A stretch of 40,299 bases of DNA, from the IMG/VR virus record IMGVR_UViG_3300028578_000002; one strand, 5' to 3'. The stretch comes from a virus. This document shows positions 7,847 through 16,945 of this stretch, piece by piece. Under the pieces are notes generated by a model. It was not told where the DNA came from. It worked only from the letters and a program-made list of their open reading frames with translations, and did not search any database. The stretch's first letter is position 1, and each line of letters starts with the position of its first letter. The position numbers were made by a program, and so were the translations under genes.

Positions 7847-8677
7847 CTAGATCCAACCGGGCCGGGCGCTGGCGACGAGATGAGCGGCGAGCCCGGAGCC
7901 GACCGGCCGGTAGCGCAACGAGTTGACGCCGGGCTCGAGGGTCCACCACGACGACATGGGTAGGACGATGGTGTCGATGGCCAAGCCCGCGCCATTGATG
8001 CGGGCGATGCGGTTGACGTGGTCGATCTCGACGTAGTCGGCGTCGGTCGCGAGGATCGTGTCGGTGAACTTGATGCGCGCACCGGTGGTGGCGTTGACCA
8101 CCTCGACGCCGTTGGCGGGGCCGTAGGCCCGCAGGATCGGGTACACCGGGACGTTGCCAGGCAGGTCGAACTCGAGCGCGGGGATGCCCTCGTAGATCTC
8201 CTCGTAGGTCTCGGAGTAGCCCTCGCCCGGTTCGCCTTCGACGCTGAGGAGGTCGTAGGCCTCTTGGATCCCGTCGGGGGCGCGCCACCCCATGGTGACT
8301 TGCGCGAGGTTGGGTTGGGTGATGGGCCGCGAGTGCTGGTCGGGGGCGAGACGGATGCGGCGCAGACCTGATCCGGGCTCGAGCTCGTACACGAGGTGCG
8401 GCCGGCGCCACGGGACGAGGAAGGCGCCGAGCCGGTCGAGGACCTCCTGCCGGCTGGCCGTGGCGGTGGGGACGATCGCACCGGAGAGCACGACGGCGCG
8501 GCCACCGAACAGGGCGGTCTGGTCGTCCTGGCCATGCCGGTCGGGGTGGTCCTCGGCGACGGTGCGGATCGACGGGTAGCCGATGTCGAGGGCGTCGATG
8601 GCGATGCCGTGCTCGATGGTGAGCTCGAAGTCGTCGAGGCCTTCGGCTTCGAGGCGGGCTGACCCGATGTAGGTCAC
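7847..8677 (-). CDS. Distal tail protein (Dit)-like
   Basis: Immediately follows the tape measure gene with GTGA coupling. At 276 aa, its size and position are typical of siphovirus Dit proteins. Confidence 0.6.
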   Translation of the reverse strand: MTYIGSARLEAEGLDDFELTIEHGIAIDALDIGYPSIRTVAEDHPDRHGQDDQTALFGGRAVVLSGAIVPTATASRQEVLDRLGAFLVPWRRPHLVYELEPGSGLRRIRLAPDQHSRPITQPNLAQVTMGWRAPDGIQEAYDLLSVEGEPGEGYSETYEEIYEGIPALEFDLPGNVPVYPILRAYGPANGVEVVNATTGARIKFTDTILATDADYVEIDHVNRIARINGAGLAIDTIVLPMSSWWTLEPGVNSLRYRPVGSGLAAHLVASARPGWI

Positions 8678-11127
8678 GAGTCGAACCTCCCGGCCATGGA
8701 CGCGAACGCTGCACGTGAGAACAGGAGGTCGATGTCGACCTCGTCGTCGAAGTGTGCCTCGTCGATGGCGACGACTGGGCCACGATGCCCGGCGCCTTCG
8801 GCGACGAGGTCACCGAGGGCGTTGAGGGGGATGACGCGGGCACCGGCCCGGAGGTCGAGGAGTTCGGGCTCCTGCTCGCCGACCCATGAGAGGCCGGACT
8901 CGATGACCTTGCCGCCCTCCGCGAGGCCGCGGCCTTCGGGACTGATGCGGCCGCCGGGTGCGCTGCGGTTGCGTGCGAGCTCGGCGGCCGTGGGCGGCGC
9001 GGTGACCCGGCCGACCTCGAAGTCGACGTCGTCGATGGTGTCGGCGCTCACGAACGGGAGCGCGTCGTAGGCACGGATCGCGACGTTCATGGCGTCGATC
9101 ACGAGGTTGACCGCGTCCTCGAAGAGGTTGACCACGGCGTTGAGGATCCCCGAGAGGCCGTCGACGACCCATCCCCACAGGTCGCCGGCGGCGTCGATGA
9201 GCATGCCGGGGAGGTCGCGGAAGAATCCGACGATCTCCTCGAGGATGGCGAAGACGAGGTCCTTGGCCGCGCCGAGGCCGTCGCCGATGAGCGTCGTGAC
9301 GACGTCGAGCGCTCCGCTGACAAGGGTGGTGATGAACTCCCAGGCGCTGGCGAGGATGTCCTTGATCGCGTCCCACGCCTTGCCCCAGTCGCCATTGATG
9401 ATGGCGAGGACGAACTCGATGACCCCGCGGATGAGGTCGATGGCGAACTCGATGTGTGCCCGGATGGCGTCCCATGCGGCCTGGGCGGTGGCGAGGATCG
9501 TGTCGCCGAAGTATTCCCACGCGAGCGAGATGGCGGCGATGGCGAACTCGATGATGCCGCTGACGACGGTGATGACGTGGTCGATGGCCTCGGAGATCTG
9601 GTCCCAGTGGGTGCGGACCCACTCGACGAGGTTGCCGAACTGCTCGACGATGTAGTCGACGAACTTGCCGACCCGCGGCGCGACCTCGTTGACGATGAAC
9701 GCGATGACGGCGTCGACGATGTCGCGGAAGGTCTCGCTCTGGGTGTAGGCGTAGATGAGCGCGGCGACGAGCGAGCCGATGGGCGAGATGAGCAGCGCGA
9801 GCGTGACGCCGAGCCCGATGAGGATGGGCTTGAGGTTGTCGCGGATGAACGTGCCGACGGTGATGATGACCTCGCCGATCCGGCGGAACAGGTCGACGTA
9901 CTTGCCAGAGTTGCCGAGGAGGTTGTCCATGACCTCGCCGAACCCTTGGGCGCCGTCGTCACCGGAGAGGATCTTGAACGCGTCGACGACGGTGCCGATG
10001 ACGCGGGCGACGTCGGAGAAGATGTCCTCGGCGGCGACGAACGCTCGCTCGAGGACGGGTGCGATGCGCTCGCCGATCTCGATGGCGAGCACCGCGAGCC
10101 GGGCCTTGATCTTGTCGAACACCGGGCCGATGCCCTTGTTCATGGTCTGGAACGCCTTGTCGGTGGCGCCGGCGGCGTCACCCATGGCGACAAGGTTGTC
10201 GGTGAACGTCTCGCTGCCGGCGAGGGTCAGCGCGGCGGAGCCGGCCTCGACCGAGCCGAAGAGGTCGTTGACGCCGACACCGGTTTCGTCGGCGTGCTTC
10301 TTGAGGAGCTCGAGGGCCTGAGCGGTGTTGCCGCCCGCGGCAATGAACTCCTTGAACGACTTGCCCGCGATGTCCTCGAAGACACCGGCGGTCGCGGAGC
10401 CCTCCTTGGAGAGCTCGACGAACAACTGCCGGAGTTGGGTGGTGGCGACGGAGGTGGGGACACCTTGCAGGGTCATCGCGGCGAGGGCGGCGGTGACGTC
10501 CTCGAACGCGACGCCGAGCCCGGCGGCGGTGGGGGTGACGTTGAACAGCGACGCGGAGAGCTCTTGGAAGTTGGTCTTGCCGAGCCGGACCGTGGTGAAC
10601 ATCAGGTCGGACGCCTTGGTCGCGTCGACGAGCTCGGCGCCGTACGCGTTGACGACCGACGAAATGCCGTCGACGGCGGTGGTGAGGTCGGTGACGCCAC
10701 CCTTGGCGGCCTTCTGGGAGGTCTCGAGGAACTCGAAGACGTTGCCCGGTGGCACGCCGGCGGAGAGCGATTGGTACAGGGCGGGGACGAGCTTGTCGGG
10801 GAGGACACCGAACTCGGTGGCAAAGCCCTTCACCTGATCGGTCATCTTGTCCATCGCCGGGCCGGAGATGCCGGGGAGGAGGGTAAACACCTCGTTCATC
10901 TGGCGCTCGAACCCGGCGAAGTCGATGACGGATTTGATGCCGACGGCGACCGCGGCGCCGGCGCCGGCGATGAGGGCGCGGCCTGCTACCGCGCCGACCT
11001 TGCCCATGGCGCCGCCGATGCGGCCTTGCTCTCCTTCGACCTGGCGCTCGACGTCGTTGGCGAAGCCGTCCTTGAGGCGGGGGACGAGGTCGACGAACGC
11101 GCGCCCGGCGGTGAGTTGACCGGCCAC
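8674..11127 (-). CDS. Tail tape measure protein (817 aa)
   Basis: ORF trimmed to GTG 11127, which overlaps the TAG of the G-T frame. TP901-type core (FATEFGVLPDKLVPALYQSLSAGV...GGVTDLTTAVDGISSVVNAYG) and a long helical/TM-like repeat region. Confidence 0.85.
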   Translation of the reverse strand: MAGQLTAGRAFVDLVPRLKDGFANDVERQVEGEQGRIGGAMGKVGAVAGRALIAGAGAAVAVGIKSVIDFAGFERQMNEVFTLLPGISGPAMDKMTDQVKGFATEFGVLPDKLVPALYQSLSAGVPPGNVFEFLETSQKAAKGGVTDLTTAVDGISSVVNAYGAELVDATKASDLMFTTVRLGKTNFQELSASLFNVTPTAAGLGVAFEDVTAALAAMTLQGVPTSVATTQLRQLFVELSKEGSATAGVFEDIAGKSFKEFIAAGGNTAQALELLKKHADETGVGVNDLFGSVEAGSAALTLAGSETFTDNLVAMGDAAGATDKAFQTMNKGIGPVFDKIKARLAVLAIEIGERIAPVLERAFVAAEDIFSDVARVIGTVVDAFKILSGDDGAQGFGEVMDNLLGNSGKYVDLFRRIGEVIITVGTFIRDNLKPILIGLGVTLALLISPIGSLVAALIYAYTQSETFRDIVDAVIAFIVNEVAPRVGKFVDYIVEQFGNLVEWVRTHWDQISEAIDHVITVVSGIIEFAIAAISLAWEYFGDTILATAQAAWDAIRAHIEFAIDLIRGVIEFVLAIINGDWGKAWDAIKDILASAWEFITTLVSGALDVVTTLIGDGLGAAKDLVFAILEEIVGFFRDLPGMLIDAAGDLWGWVVDGLSGILNAVVNLFEDAVNLVIDAMNVAIRAYDALPFVSADTIDDVDFEVGRVTAPPTAAELARNRSAPGGRISPEGRGLAEGGKVIESGLSWVGEQEPELLDLRAGARVIPLNALGDLVAEGAGHRGPVVAIDEAHFDDEVDIDLLFSRAAFASMAGRFDS

Positions 11128-11929
11128 TAGTTCTCGACCTTCGGGGTGTAGCGCACGGTGCCGGGTCCTCTCCCGAGAGCCTTGGCGAGCTCGTCGGCGG
11201 TGAGCGGTCGCTTCCGATTCTGCCCGTCGTCGGGTGTCGGACGCCGGACCATCGTGGGCTCGGGCACGTGGGTGCCCCTCTTGGAGTTGGCCTTGACGAA
11301 CAGGTAGTTGGTGCGGCGGATCTCGTTGACGACGCCGGCGAGGAGCTCCTCGGCGTTGTGCCACTGGCCGGGCTTGAGCGCGCCGAGGTGGCGCGCGAGC
11401 CCGGACTCGGCCGGGAGGTTCGCTACGTGGGTGGCGACCCACCGGAACGTGCGGCGCTCGGAGGGTTCACCCCAGAGGGCGGCGACGAGGTCGGCCTGGT
11501 AGTACCGGGTGAAGTCGGCCTCGACGATGTCCCAGTGGCCGAGGACTACTTCGCCGAGGCTCGCGATTCCGGGAGCGTGACCTCGTAGACCTCGAGGGAC
11601 TGCTCGAGGAGGAAGACGATGTCCTCGAGCTCGAGCGGGTCGCCGGCCTTCTTGGCGTCGGCGATGACCTGCTCATAGACCTCGCCGCCGAGGAGGAGTT
11701 TGATGGCCGGGACCGCGCCGGTCCACTGGCCTTGGGAGACGAGGCCGGCGAGGTCGAGGACCTCGGCGGGGAGGCTGCGCGGGAGGGGCCGCTCGACGCC
11801 GAGGAACACGATGCACGGCGCGGGCCCCTGCTTCTCGCGGCGGGCCTTGCGTGCGGCGTCGAGGTCGATGCGCTTGGGGCCGTCGGTCGCCGGCGATGCC
11901 GGCTCCTCGTTGGTGGTGATGCCGGTCAC
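11127..11929 (-). CDS. Tail assembly chaperone, -1 frameshift product (G-T)
   Basis: The -1 frame is open from 11672 to TAG 11129..11127. It encodes ...GHWDIVEADFTRYYQADLVAALWGEPSERRTFRWVATHVANLP..., which is typical T-part sequence. Confidence 0.65.
11546..11929 (-). CDS. Tail assembly chaperone (G)
   Basis: 127-aa ORF between the major tail and tape measure genes. GTGA coupling to the major tail protein stop. Confidence 0.75.
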   Translation of the reverse strand: MTGITTNEEPASPATDGPKRIDLDAARKARREKQGPAPCIVFLGVERPLPRSLPAEVLDLAGLVSQGQWTGAVPAIKLLLGGEVYEQVIADAKKAGDPLELEDIVFLLEQSLEVYEVTLPESRASAK

Positions 11930-12495
11930 GAACCCTGGGTGTCCTCGAAGGCCGGGTGGTTGGTGTCGAGGATGAACGGCTCGAGCTCGGCCGAGCCGAG
12001 GAGGGCGAACGTGATGGGCAACAGACCGGCGGCGGTCCGCACGATGTTGACCTCGACGTTGTCGGAGACCATGCCCTTGGGGAACACGAGCCGGAAGTCA
12101 TGGTCGCCGTCTTCCCACTCGACGGCGAGCATCCGCTCGTCGATGTCCTGCGGGTCCGGCGGCGTGTACCGGTACGCGTTGGGCGCGGGCTCGGTGACCT
12201 CGCCGCCACCGAACGCGAGGCGCACGGTGTTGCCGTTCCACTGCATGAGCGAGAACGCGAGGGACCCTTCCTTGCTCGTGACGATCCGGCGGAGGTCGTA
12301 GAACGACTGCCACGCGCGGATGCTTTGGAGGCTCTTACCGTCGACCCATGTGACGCCGTCCTCGCTGGCGTAGCCGAGCTCGACCCACGCGCCGCCGAGC
12401 GGCGCGGTGATGTTCGCGGGGATGGGGCTCCCGAGCGGCGCGGTGTAGATGGAGCCGTTGGCCCCAATGACGATCTCGGACGGGTCCTTGGCCAT
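11926..12495 (-). CDS. Major tail (tube) protein
   Basis: 189 aa, positioned just before the G/G-T chaperones. GAGGAG lies 9 nt upstream of the ATG. Beta-rich sequence typical of actinophage tube proteins. Confidence 0.75.
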   Translation of the reverse strand: MAKDPSEIVIGANGSIYTAPLGSPIPANITAPLGGAWVELGYASEDGVTWVDGKSLQSIRAWQSFYDLRRIVTSKEGSLAFSLMQWNGNTVRLAFGGGEVTEPAPNAYRYTPPDPQDIDERMLAVEWEDGDHDFRLVFPKGMVSDNVEVNIVRTAAGLLPITFALLGSAELEPFILDTNHPAFEDTQGS

Positions 12496-12536
12496 GTTGG
12501 CGGTCTCCTCGTGGGTGTCCCCGGTGGGGTGCTGAG

Positions 12537-12554
12537 CGCGAGGCTACGCCGCGG
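12537..12554 (-). promoter_or_regulatory. Motif copy A4 (CCGCGGCG TAGCCT CGCG), 45 nt upstream of the major tail ATG
   Basis: Same 18-mer as at 23473-23491, 30470-30489 and 32859-32879. Its TAG is the stop codon of the upstream gene. Confidence 0.45.
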
Positions 12555-12969
12555 AGCGGTGTGCGTAGAGGACCACGCCGAAGATGTAGCGCTCGGAGTC
12601 GGAGTCGGGGTCGCCGACGTTGGCGAGGGGGAGGTCCTCGTCGACGGCGGTGATGACGCCACCGGTGACCTCGCCGGCCATGCCCTCGAGGAGGGCCTTG
12701 GCCCGGGCGCCGACGGCGAACGCGGTGGCCTCGGTGCCGGCGAAGGCGTCGATCTGTAGGCGGTAGCGGCGGAGGTGCTTCGCGGCCTGCTCGGTGGGGG
12801 TGCCGCCGATGCGCCGGATACGGAGGGCGGAGATGCCGGGCGCCCATGAGCGGTGGAGCCGGGAACCGATCTGCGCGTCGTCGACGAGCGCGGCCATGGA
12901 GGCCTCGGCCTTGAGGTAGGTGACGGCGATGGCTTCGGCGTCGAGGTCCTCGGCGATGGCGGGGCTCAC
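12544..12969 (-). CDS. Tail terminator / tail completion-like protein
   Basis: ORF trimmed to GTG 12969 (GTGA coupling). 141 aa, positioned immediately before the major tail gene. Confidence 0.5.
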   Translation of the reverse strand: MSPAIAEDLDAEAIAVTYLKAEASMAALVDDAQIGSRLHRSWAPGISALRIRRIGGTPTEQAAKHLRRYRLQIDAFAGTEATAFAVGARAKALLEGMAGEVTGGVITAVDEDLPLANVGDPDSDSERYIFGVVLYAHRSAA

Positions 12970-13295
12970 GTGTCTCCTCCTCGGTCGTAGACGATGGTGA
13001 GCCCGAGCGACTCGATGGCCCGGCGGAGCGAGCCGTCGGGAGCGCGGAGCGATGTGCCGAACTCGATGATCCCGGCCTTCCAATCCTCTGCGCCGATGCG
13101 TCCGATCCATCCGCGCTCGGTGAGGGCGACGTCCCCGAAGACGGAGTCGCGTAGGTCACCTTCGGCGACGGGGACACCGTCGCGGTAGACCTCGGCGCCT
13201 TCCTCGGCGAGGGCGTCGAGGAGGTGAGCAACGTGGACGTCACGGAGGAGTTCGGCCTCGAAGCCTCGGTTGAGCTCGAACCGTGCGGTGGCCAC
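12966..13295 (-). CDS. HK97 gp10-family neck/tail-component protein
   Basis: 109 aa with ...AEGDLRDSV...GIIEFGT..., the gp10-type EFGT motif. Connector-gene position. Confidence 0.6.
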   Translation of the reverse strand: MATARFELNRGFEAELLRDVHVAHLLDALAEEGAEVYRDGVPVAEGDLRDSVFGDVALTERGWIGRIGAEDWKAGIIEFGTSLRAPDGSLRRAIESLGLTIVYDRGGDT

Positions 13296-13298
13296 GCC

Positions 13299-13655
13299 CT
13301 AGCCCTTGTGCTCGTAGGCGACGGCCTCGAGGTGGTGCACGCGGGGGCGGCGCCGTCGAAGCAGCGTGTCGGGTAGAGCGCGGATCTCGAAGGTGCCGTC
13401 GGTGTCGACGATCCGGTCATAGCCGGTGATGGCCAGGGCGACGCCGGCAACAGTGGGCTCGAGGAAGTACCGATAGACGCGGGTCTGCGCGTCCTGCCCG
13501 TCGAGGTCTTCGCTGGCCTCGAGGAGCTCGCGCGCGGCGTGGACGCCGGCGGTAGCGGGGCCGTTGCCGATGATGTCGTTGCCGCGCGCGTCGGTGCCGG
13601 TGACGACGCGTCGTTGCACGGTGATCGTGCGGTCGAGCATCCGACGGAACGTCAC
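13299..13655 (-). CDS. Head closure / head-tail joining protein
   Basis: ORF trimmed to GTG 13655 (GTGA coupling). 118 aa beginning ...LDRTITVQRR. Position after the adaptor gene. Confidence 0.55.
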   Translation of the reverse strand: MTFRRMLDRTITVQRRVVTGTDARGNDIIGNGPATAGVHAARELLEASEDLDGQDAQTRVYRYFLEPTVAGVALAITGYDRIVDTDGTFEIRALPDTLLRRRRPRVHHLEAVAYEHKG

Positions 13656-14251
13656 GAGCCGACGGCCTCGAAGATGCCGGGCGCGGCCATCGACACGCGG
13701 TAGAGGTCGAGCTCGCGCCGGTCGGGCGCGGCAAGGGTGGGGAGCCGGGACTCGTCGAACGCGAAGCCGGCCGAGTAGCCGCCCATGCTCTCTTGTGAGA
13801 GGCCTTCGGGGTTGACGAGGGCGCGTGCGGCGACGCGCAGGACGACGAGCTTGACGGCTTCGATCTCGTTGGCGCTGAGCCCGTAGGAGATCGTGACCTC
13901 GTACCACCGCGACCGGCGGAGCCAGACGCCACCGTCAACGCGGTGCAAGATGCCGTCGCGGTTCCAGTCGAAAGCGGTGTCGACGGCGAGGTCGGTGGCC
14001 GCGCCGCGGGGGTCCTCGACGATGGAGATGACGTCGATGATGTGGTCCGCGGGGAGCAACATGACCGGGGTGCCGGAGCCGTCGATGAGCCCGACGGCCT
14101 CGACGGCTTCGAGGCTTGGTCGTTGGAGGTGGCCGAGCACCATGCCCGAGACGCCGGCGAGGAGGAGCTCAGCGCGTCGGACCTCGTCGCCGACGGGCGC
14201 GTCGAGCTCGAGGAAGTCGGCGAGCTCGGTGGCGCTCGCGAGGAGGGTCAT
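13652..14251 (-). CDS. Head-tail adaptor (gp6-like connector)
   Basis: N-terminal ATELADFLELD...RAELLLAGVSGMV is typical of gp6-like connectors. ATGA coupling to the upstream gene. Confidence 0.6.
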   Translation of the reverse strand: MTLLASATELADFLELDAPVGDEVRRAELLLAGVSGMVLGHLQRPSLEAVEAVGLIDGSGTPVMLLPADHIIDVISIVEDPRGAATDLAVDTAFDWNRDGILHRVDGGVWLRRSRWYEVTISYGLSANEIEAVKLVVLRVAARALVNPEGLSQESMGGYSAGFAFDESRLPTLAAPDRRELDLYRVSMAAPGIFEAVGS

Positions 14252-15747
14252 GCCTGCGGGTTGTCCTTGACGACGCGGCGCCGGCGCGAGCTCGGAGGCT
14301 GGCGCTTCTTGTCCTTGACCCCGACCTCGTCGTCGTCATCGTCGTCGCTGGCGCTGGCCGTGTTCGCTCCGATGCGCTTGACCTTGTCAGCCATGGCCTC
14401 CTCCTTGCGGGCTCGGTGGGTGACACCGGAGGGGCGCATGACCCCGGCGAGGGCGGGCTCTGGCGCTGGTGCCGCCGTGGTCGAGGTGACGGGGCCGGCG
14501 CCACCCGGGTTGGTGATGTCACCGGTGGGAGCGGACCGTGCCGGGGCGGCGACGTCGGAGCCGAGGAGCCCGAGCCGCCGGGCGGTCTCGTCGCTGAGCT
14601 TGATGAACGAGCCGGGGTAGTCGGGGTTCGGGTATCGCTTGAGGTTGCCCATGCGGGTTCTCTCCTTGATGCGTTGGTCGACGGGGACGACATCGGTGGG
14701 TCCTCCGCACGATGCGTGGTTGGCGCCGCAGACGATGCAGGTGCGGGTGAGCATGCTCACGATGGCCGAGGCGGCGCGGTCGGCGGAGGTCCCATCGGTG
14801 CAAGGGTACGTGCGGGCGACCGCGGCTCGCCGTGACCGTGCCACTTCGGGCCGGTCTTCGAGGGCGGCGAGGATCGTGTCGGCGAGTTGGCCGGGCTCGG
14901 CGTTGAGGCCGACGTCGGCTTCGGTCCAGAACCGGAGGCCGTGTTGCACGTTGCGGCGGTAGGCGCGGGCGTTGAGGACGACGACGGGCCGGTCGAGCGC
15001 GGCGAACTCGAACAGGGTGGAGGAGTTGTCGACGGCGTACAGATGGGCGCGGGCGGCGACCTCGGCGAACGTGTCGACGACTGCGATGCCCGCGGCACGG
15101 TAGGCCGCGCTGGCTTCGGCGAGGATCCGAGGGTGGCCGTGGCCGATGAGCTCGACGCCGGCGGCCGCAAGGGTGCGCCGTGCCCGGTCGAGCTCGGGCG
15201 CGAAGTCGTCGAGCGCGGTGCCGGTCTCGGGGACCACGTCGCATCGCCAGTGGAACGACACCGCGGCGACGACGGGCTCGGCGGCGGGGGGCTCGAGCGC
15301 GAGGAGCTCGTCGACCTTGGGGCATCCGACGATGGCGTTGGGGGTGTTCGGGTAGAAGCGGGCGTTGCGGTCGGCGGCCTGGGCGTTGGGGACGATGAAC
15401 AGGGCGACGTGGTCGCGGCCGGTGCCGCCGGCGTAGGAGCGATGCCGGTCGCTGTAGGACTGGCCGGCGCCGTGCTCGAAGAGGATGACGGGGCGCCGGG
15501 TCCGTGAGCAGACGCGGAGGTCGCCGTAGGAGGCGGCGAGGATCGGACCGAGGCGGGTGCCGCGGTAGGGCCAGCCGATGACGACGCGGTCGAGGCCGTG
15601 GTAGCGGGCCCTGGCGGCGACCTCGAGGTCGGCGACGTAGACCGAGCCTCGGAGCTCGGCGGGGAGGGCACGCCAGACCGGTGCGAGGTGGTCGAGGAAG
15701 TGGACCTCGCGGGCGGAAAGGTCAATCCGGGGGACCGGCTTGGTCAC
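14248..15747 (-). CDS. Putative glycosyl-/glycerophospho-transferase (TagB/TagF- or GT-B-like) with a ~135-aa low-complexity C-terminal extension
   Basis: ORF trimmed to GTG 15747 (GTGA coupling). Motifs ILFEHGAGQSY, GHGHP and VDNSSTLFEFAALDRPVVVLNARAY. The fold assignment is tentative. Confidence 0.5.
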   Translation of the reverse strand: MTKPVPRIDLSAREVHFLDHLAPVWRALPAELRGSVYVADLEVAARARYHGLDRVVIGWPYRGTRLGPILAASYGDLRVCSRTRRPVILFEHGAGQSYSDRHRSYAGGTGRDHVALFIVPNAQAADRNARFYPNTPNAIVGCPKVDELLALEPPAAEPVVAAVSFHWRCDVVPETGTALDDFAPELDRARRTLAAAGVELIGHGHPRILAEASAAYRAAGIAVVDTFAEVAARAHLYAVDNSSTLFEFAALDRPVVVLNARAYRRNVQHGLRFWTEADVGLNAEPGQLADTILAALEDRPEVARSRRAAVARTYPCTDGTSADRAASAIVSMLTRTCIVCGANHASCGGPTDVVPVDQRIKERTRMGNLKRYPNPDYPGSFIKLSDETARRLGLLGSDVAAPARSAPTGDITNPGGAGPVTSTTAAPAPEPALAGVMRPSGVTHRARKEEAMADKVKRIGANTASASDDDDDDEVGVKDKKRQPPSSRRRRVVKDNPQA

Positions 15748-16943
15748 CGCGTGGCGACCTTGGCCTTGCGGCGGAGGGTGTCTTCGGCCTTGACCGGGCC
15801 GGTCCATTCGCGCTGGGCGTTGAGGGTGGTGCTCTTGTCGTGCTCGAGGGGAAGCCCGTCTACCCGTGCCGCGGTGAGCCCGGCGGCTTCGAGGTCCTCG
15901 ACGAAGTCGCCGTCGCCGTGGATGAGCCGGTAGCGCTCGTCGAAGTAGGGGATGACCGGACCCATGAGCTCGCCGGCGAAGAGGAATGCGAACCCGGAGA
16001 GGCCGCCCTTCGACCATGCGCCGCTCGTGACGGTGAGCCCGGCGACGTCATGGCCGTCGGTGAGGCGACGGTTCCAGTCGGGGTAGACGGCGGCGACCTC
16101 GGAAGGCGATGACCGGAGCGCGTCGGCGAGCGCTTCGATGGTGCCGGGGAGGAAGCGGACATCGTTGTTCAACAGCGCGACGTTGACGGGGTCGCCGGGC
16201 TCGATGGCCTGGGCGGTGCGGACCACCTCGTTCCAGAGGGCGTAGAGCGAGCCGCCGGCTTCGAGCGCGGGGCCGCGGTTGAGCACGACACGAGGCGAGA
16301 GGATGACGCGGTCGAGGTACTCGAGGAGCCGCGGGTCGGTGGATCCGTTGTCGGCCAGGAAGAGCACGTCGACGGCGGGGTCTGCGAGGACGGCCTCGAT
16401 GACCTCGGCGGTGCGGTCGGTCTCGTCGATGAACGGGATGCCGACGACGGTTCGGACCCGGCGCCGGGCGTGGGCGCGGACGTCGCAGCCGGCGACGTCG
16501 ACCTCGATGTCGATGAACCCGGCGCGCTCGAGCTCGACGGCGAGGAGCCGCGGGTCGATGTTCTCGTAGTGCTCGCCGGGTTCGAGCGTGCGGCGGCCGG
16601 TGATGCCGGAGTGGGGGCGGCGTCCGGGGCCCGCGGCGGTGACGATGAGCCGCCCGTCGGCACGGAGGTAGCGGGCTGCCATGGCGAGCACGTCGGGCCA
16701 GTCGGCCACGTGCTCAAGGACTTCGCAGCACACAACAACCTCGGAGCGCACGCGCACGGGCGGCGGGACCGCGGGGTCGAAGACCACATCGACACCGGGA
16801 CCGTCGACCACGTCGAGCCCGACATAGGTGGCGCCGGGGAACAGCGGCCGGACCGACCCGTTGAGGTCCCGGGACCCGATCTCGATGACCGAGGCGGGCT
16901 GGCCGGCGTGCGCGGCGACGTAGTCGTAGGCGGCGCGGTGCAT
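15744..16943 (-). CDS. Fusion of a class I SAM-dependent methyltransferase and a GT2 (GT-A) glycosyltransferase
   Basis: N-terminal VIEIGSRDLNGS...YVGLDV...CCEVLEHVADWPDVLAMAARYLRADGRLIVT. C-terminal VVGIPFIDETDRT...VLFLADNGSTD...LLNNDV. Confidence 0.75.
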   Translation of the reverse strand: MHRAAYDYVAAHAGQPASVIEIGSRDLNGSVRPLFPGATYVGLDVVDGPGVDVVFDPAVPPPVRVRSEVVVCCEVLEHVADWPDVLAMAARYLRADGRLIVTAAGPGRRPHSGITGRRTLEPGEHYENIDPRLLAVELERAGFIDIEVDVAGCDVRAHARRRVRTVVGIPFIDETDRTAEVIEAVLADPAVDVLFLADNGSTDPRLLEYLDRVILSPRVVLNRGPALEAGGSLYALWNEVVRTAQAIEPGDPVNVALLNNDVRFLPGTIEALADALRSSPSEVAAVYPDWNRRLTDGHDVAGLTVTSGAWSKGGLSGFAFLFAGELMGPVIPYFDERYRLIHGDGDFVEDLEAAGLTAARVDGLPLEHDKSTTLNAQREWTGPVKAEDTLRRKAKVATR

Positions 16944-16945
16944 CG

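Noticed and set aside
9454-11130. 558-aa plus-strand ORF antisense to the tape measure gene
   Set aside because: Its Gly/Asp/Glu/Arg/Ala-rich low-complexity translation mirrors the tape measure frame. Such long antisense ORFs are expected in very GC-rich DNA, and the minus frame carries clear tape-measure motifs.
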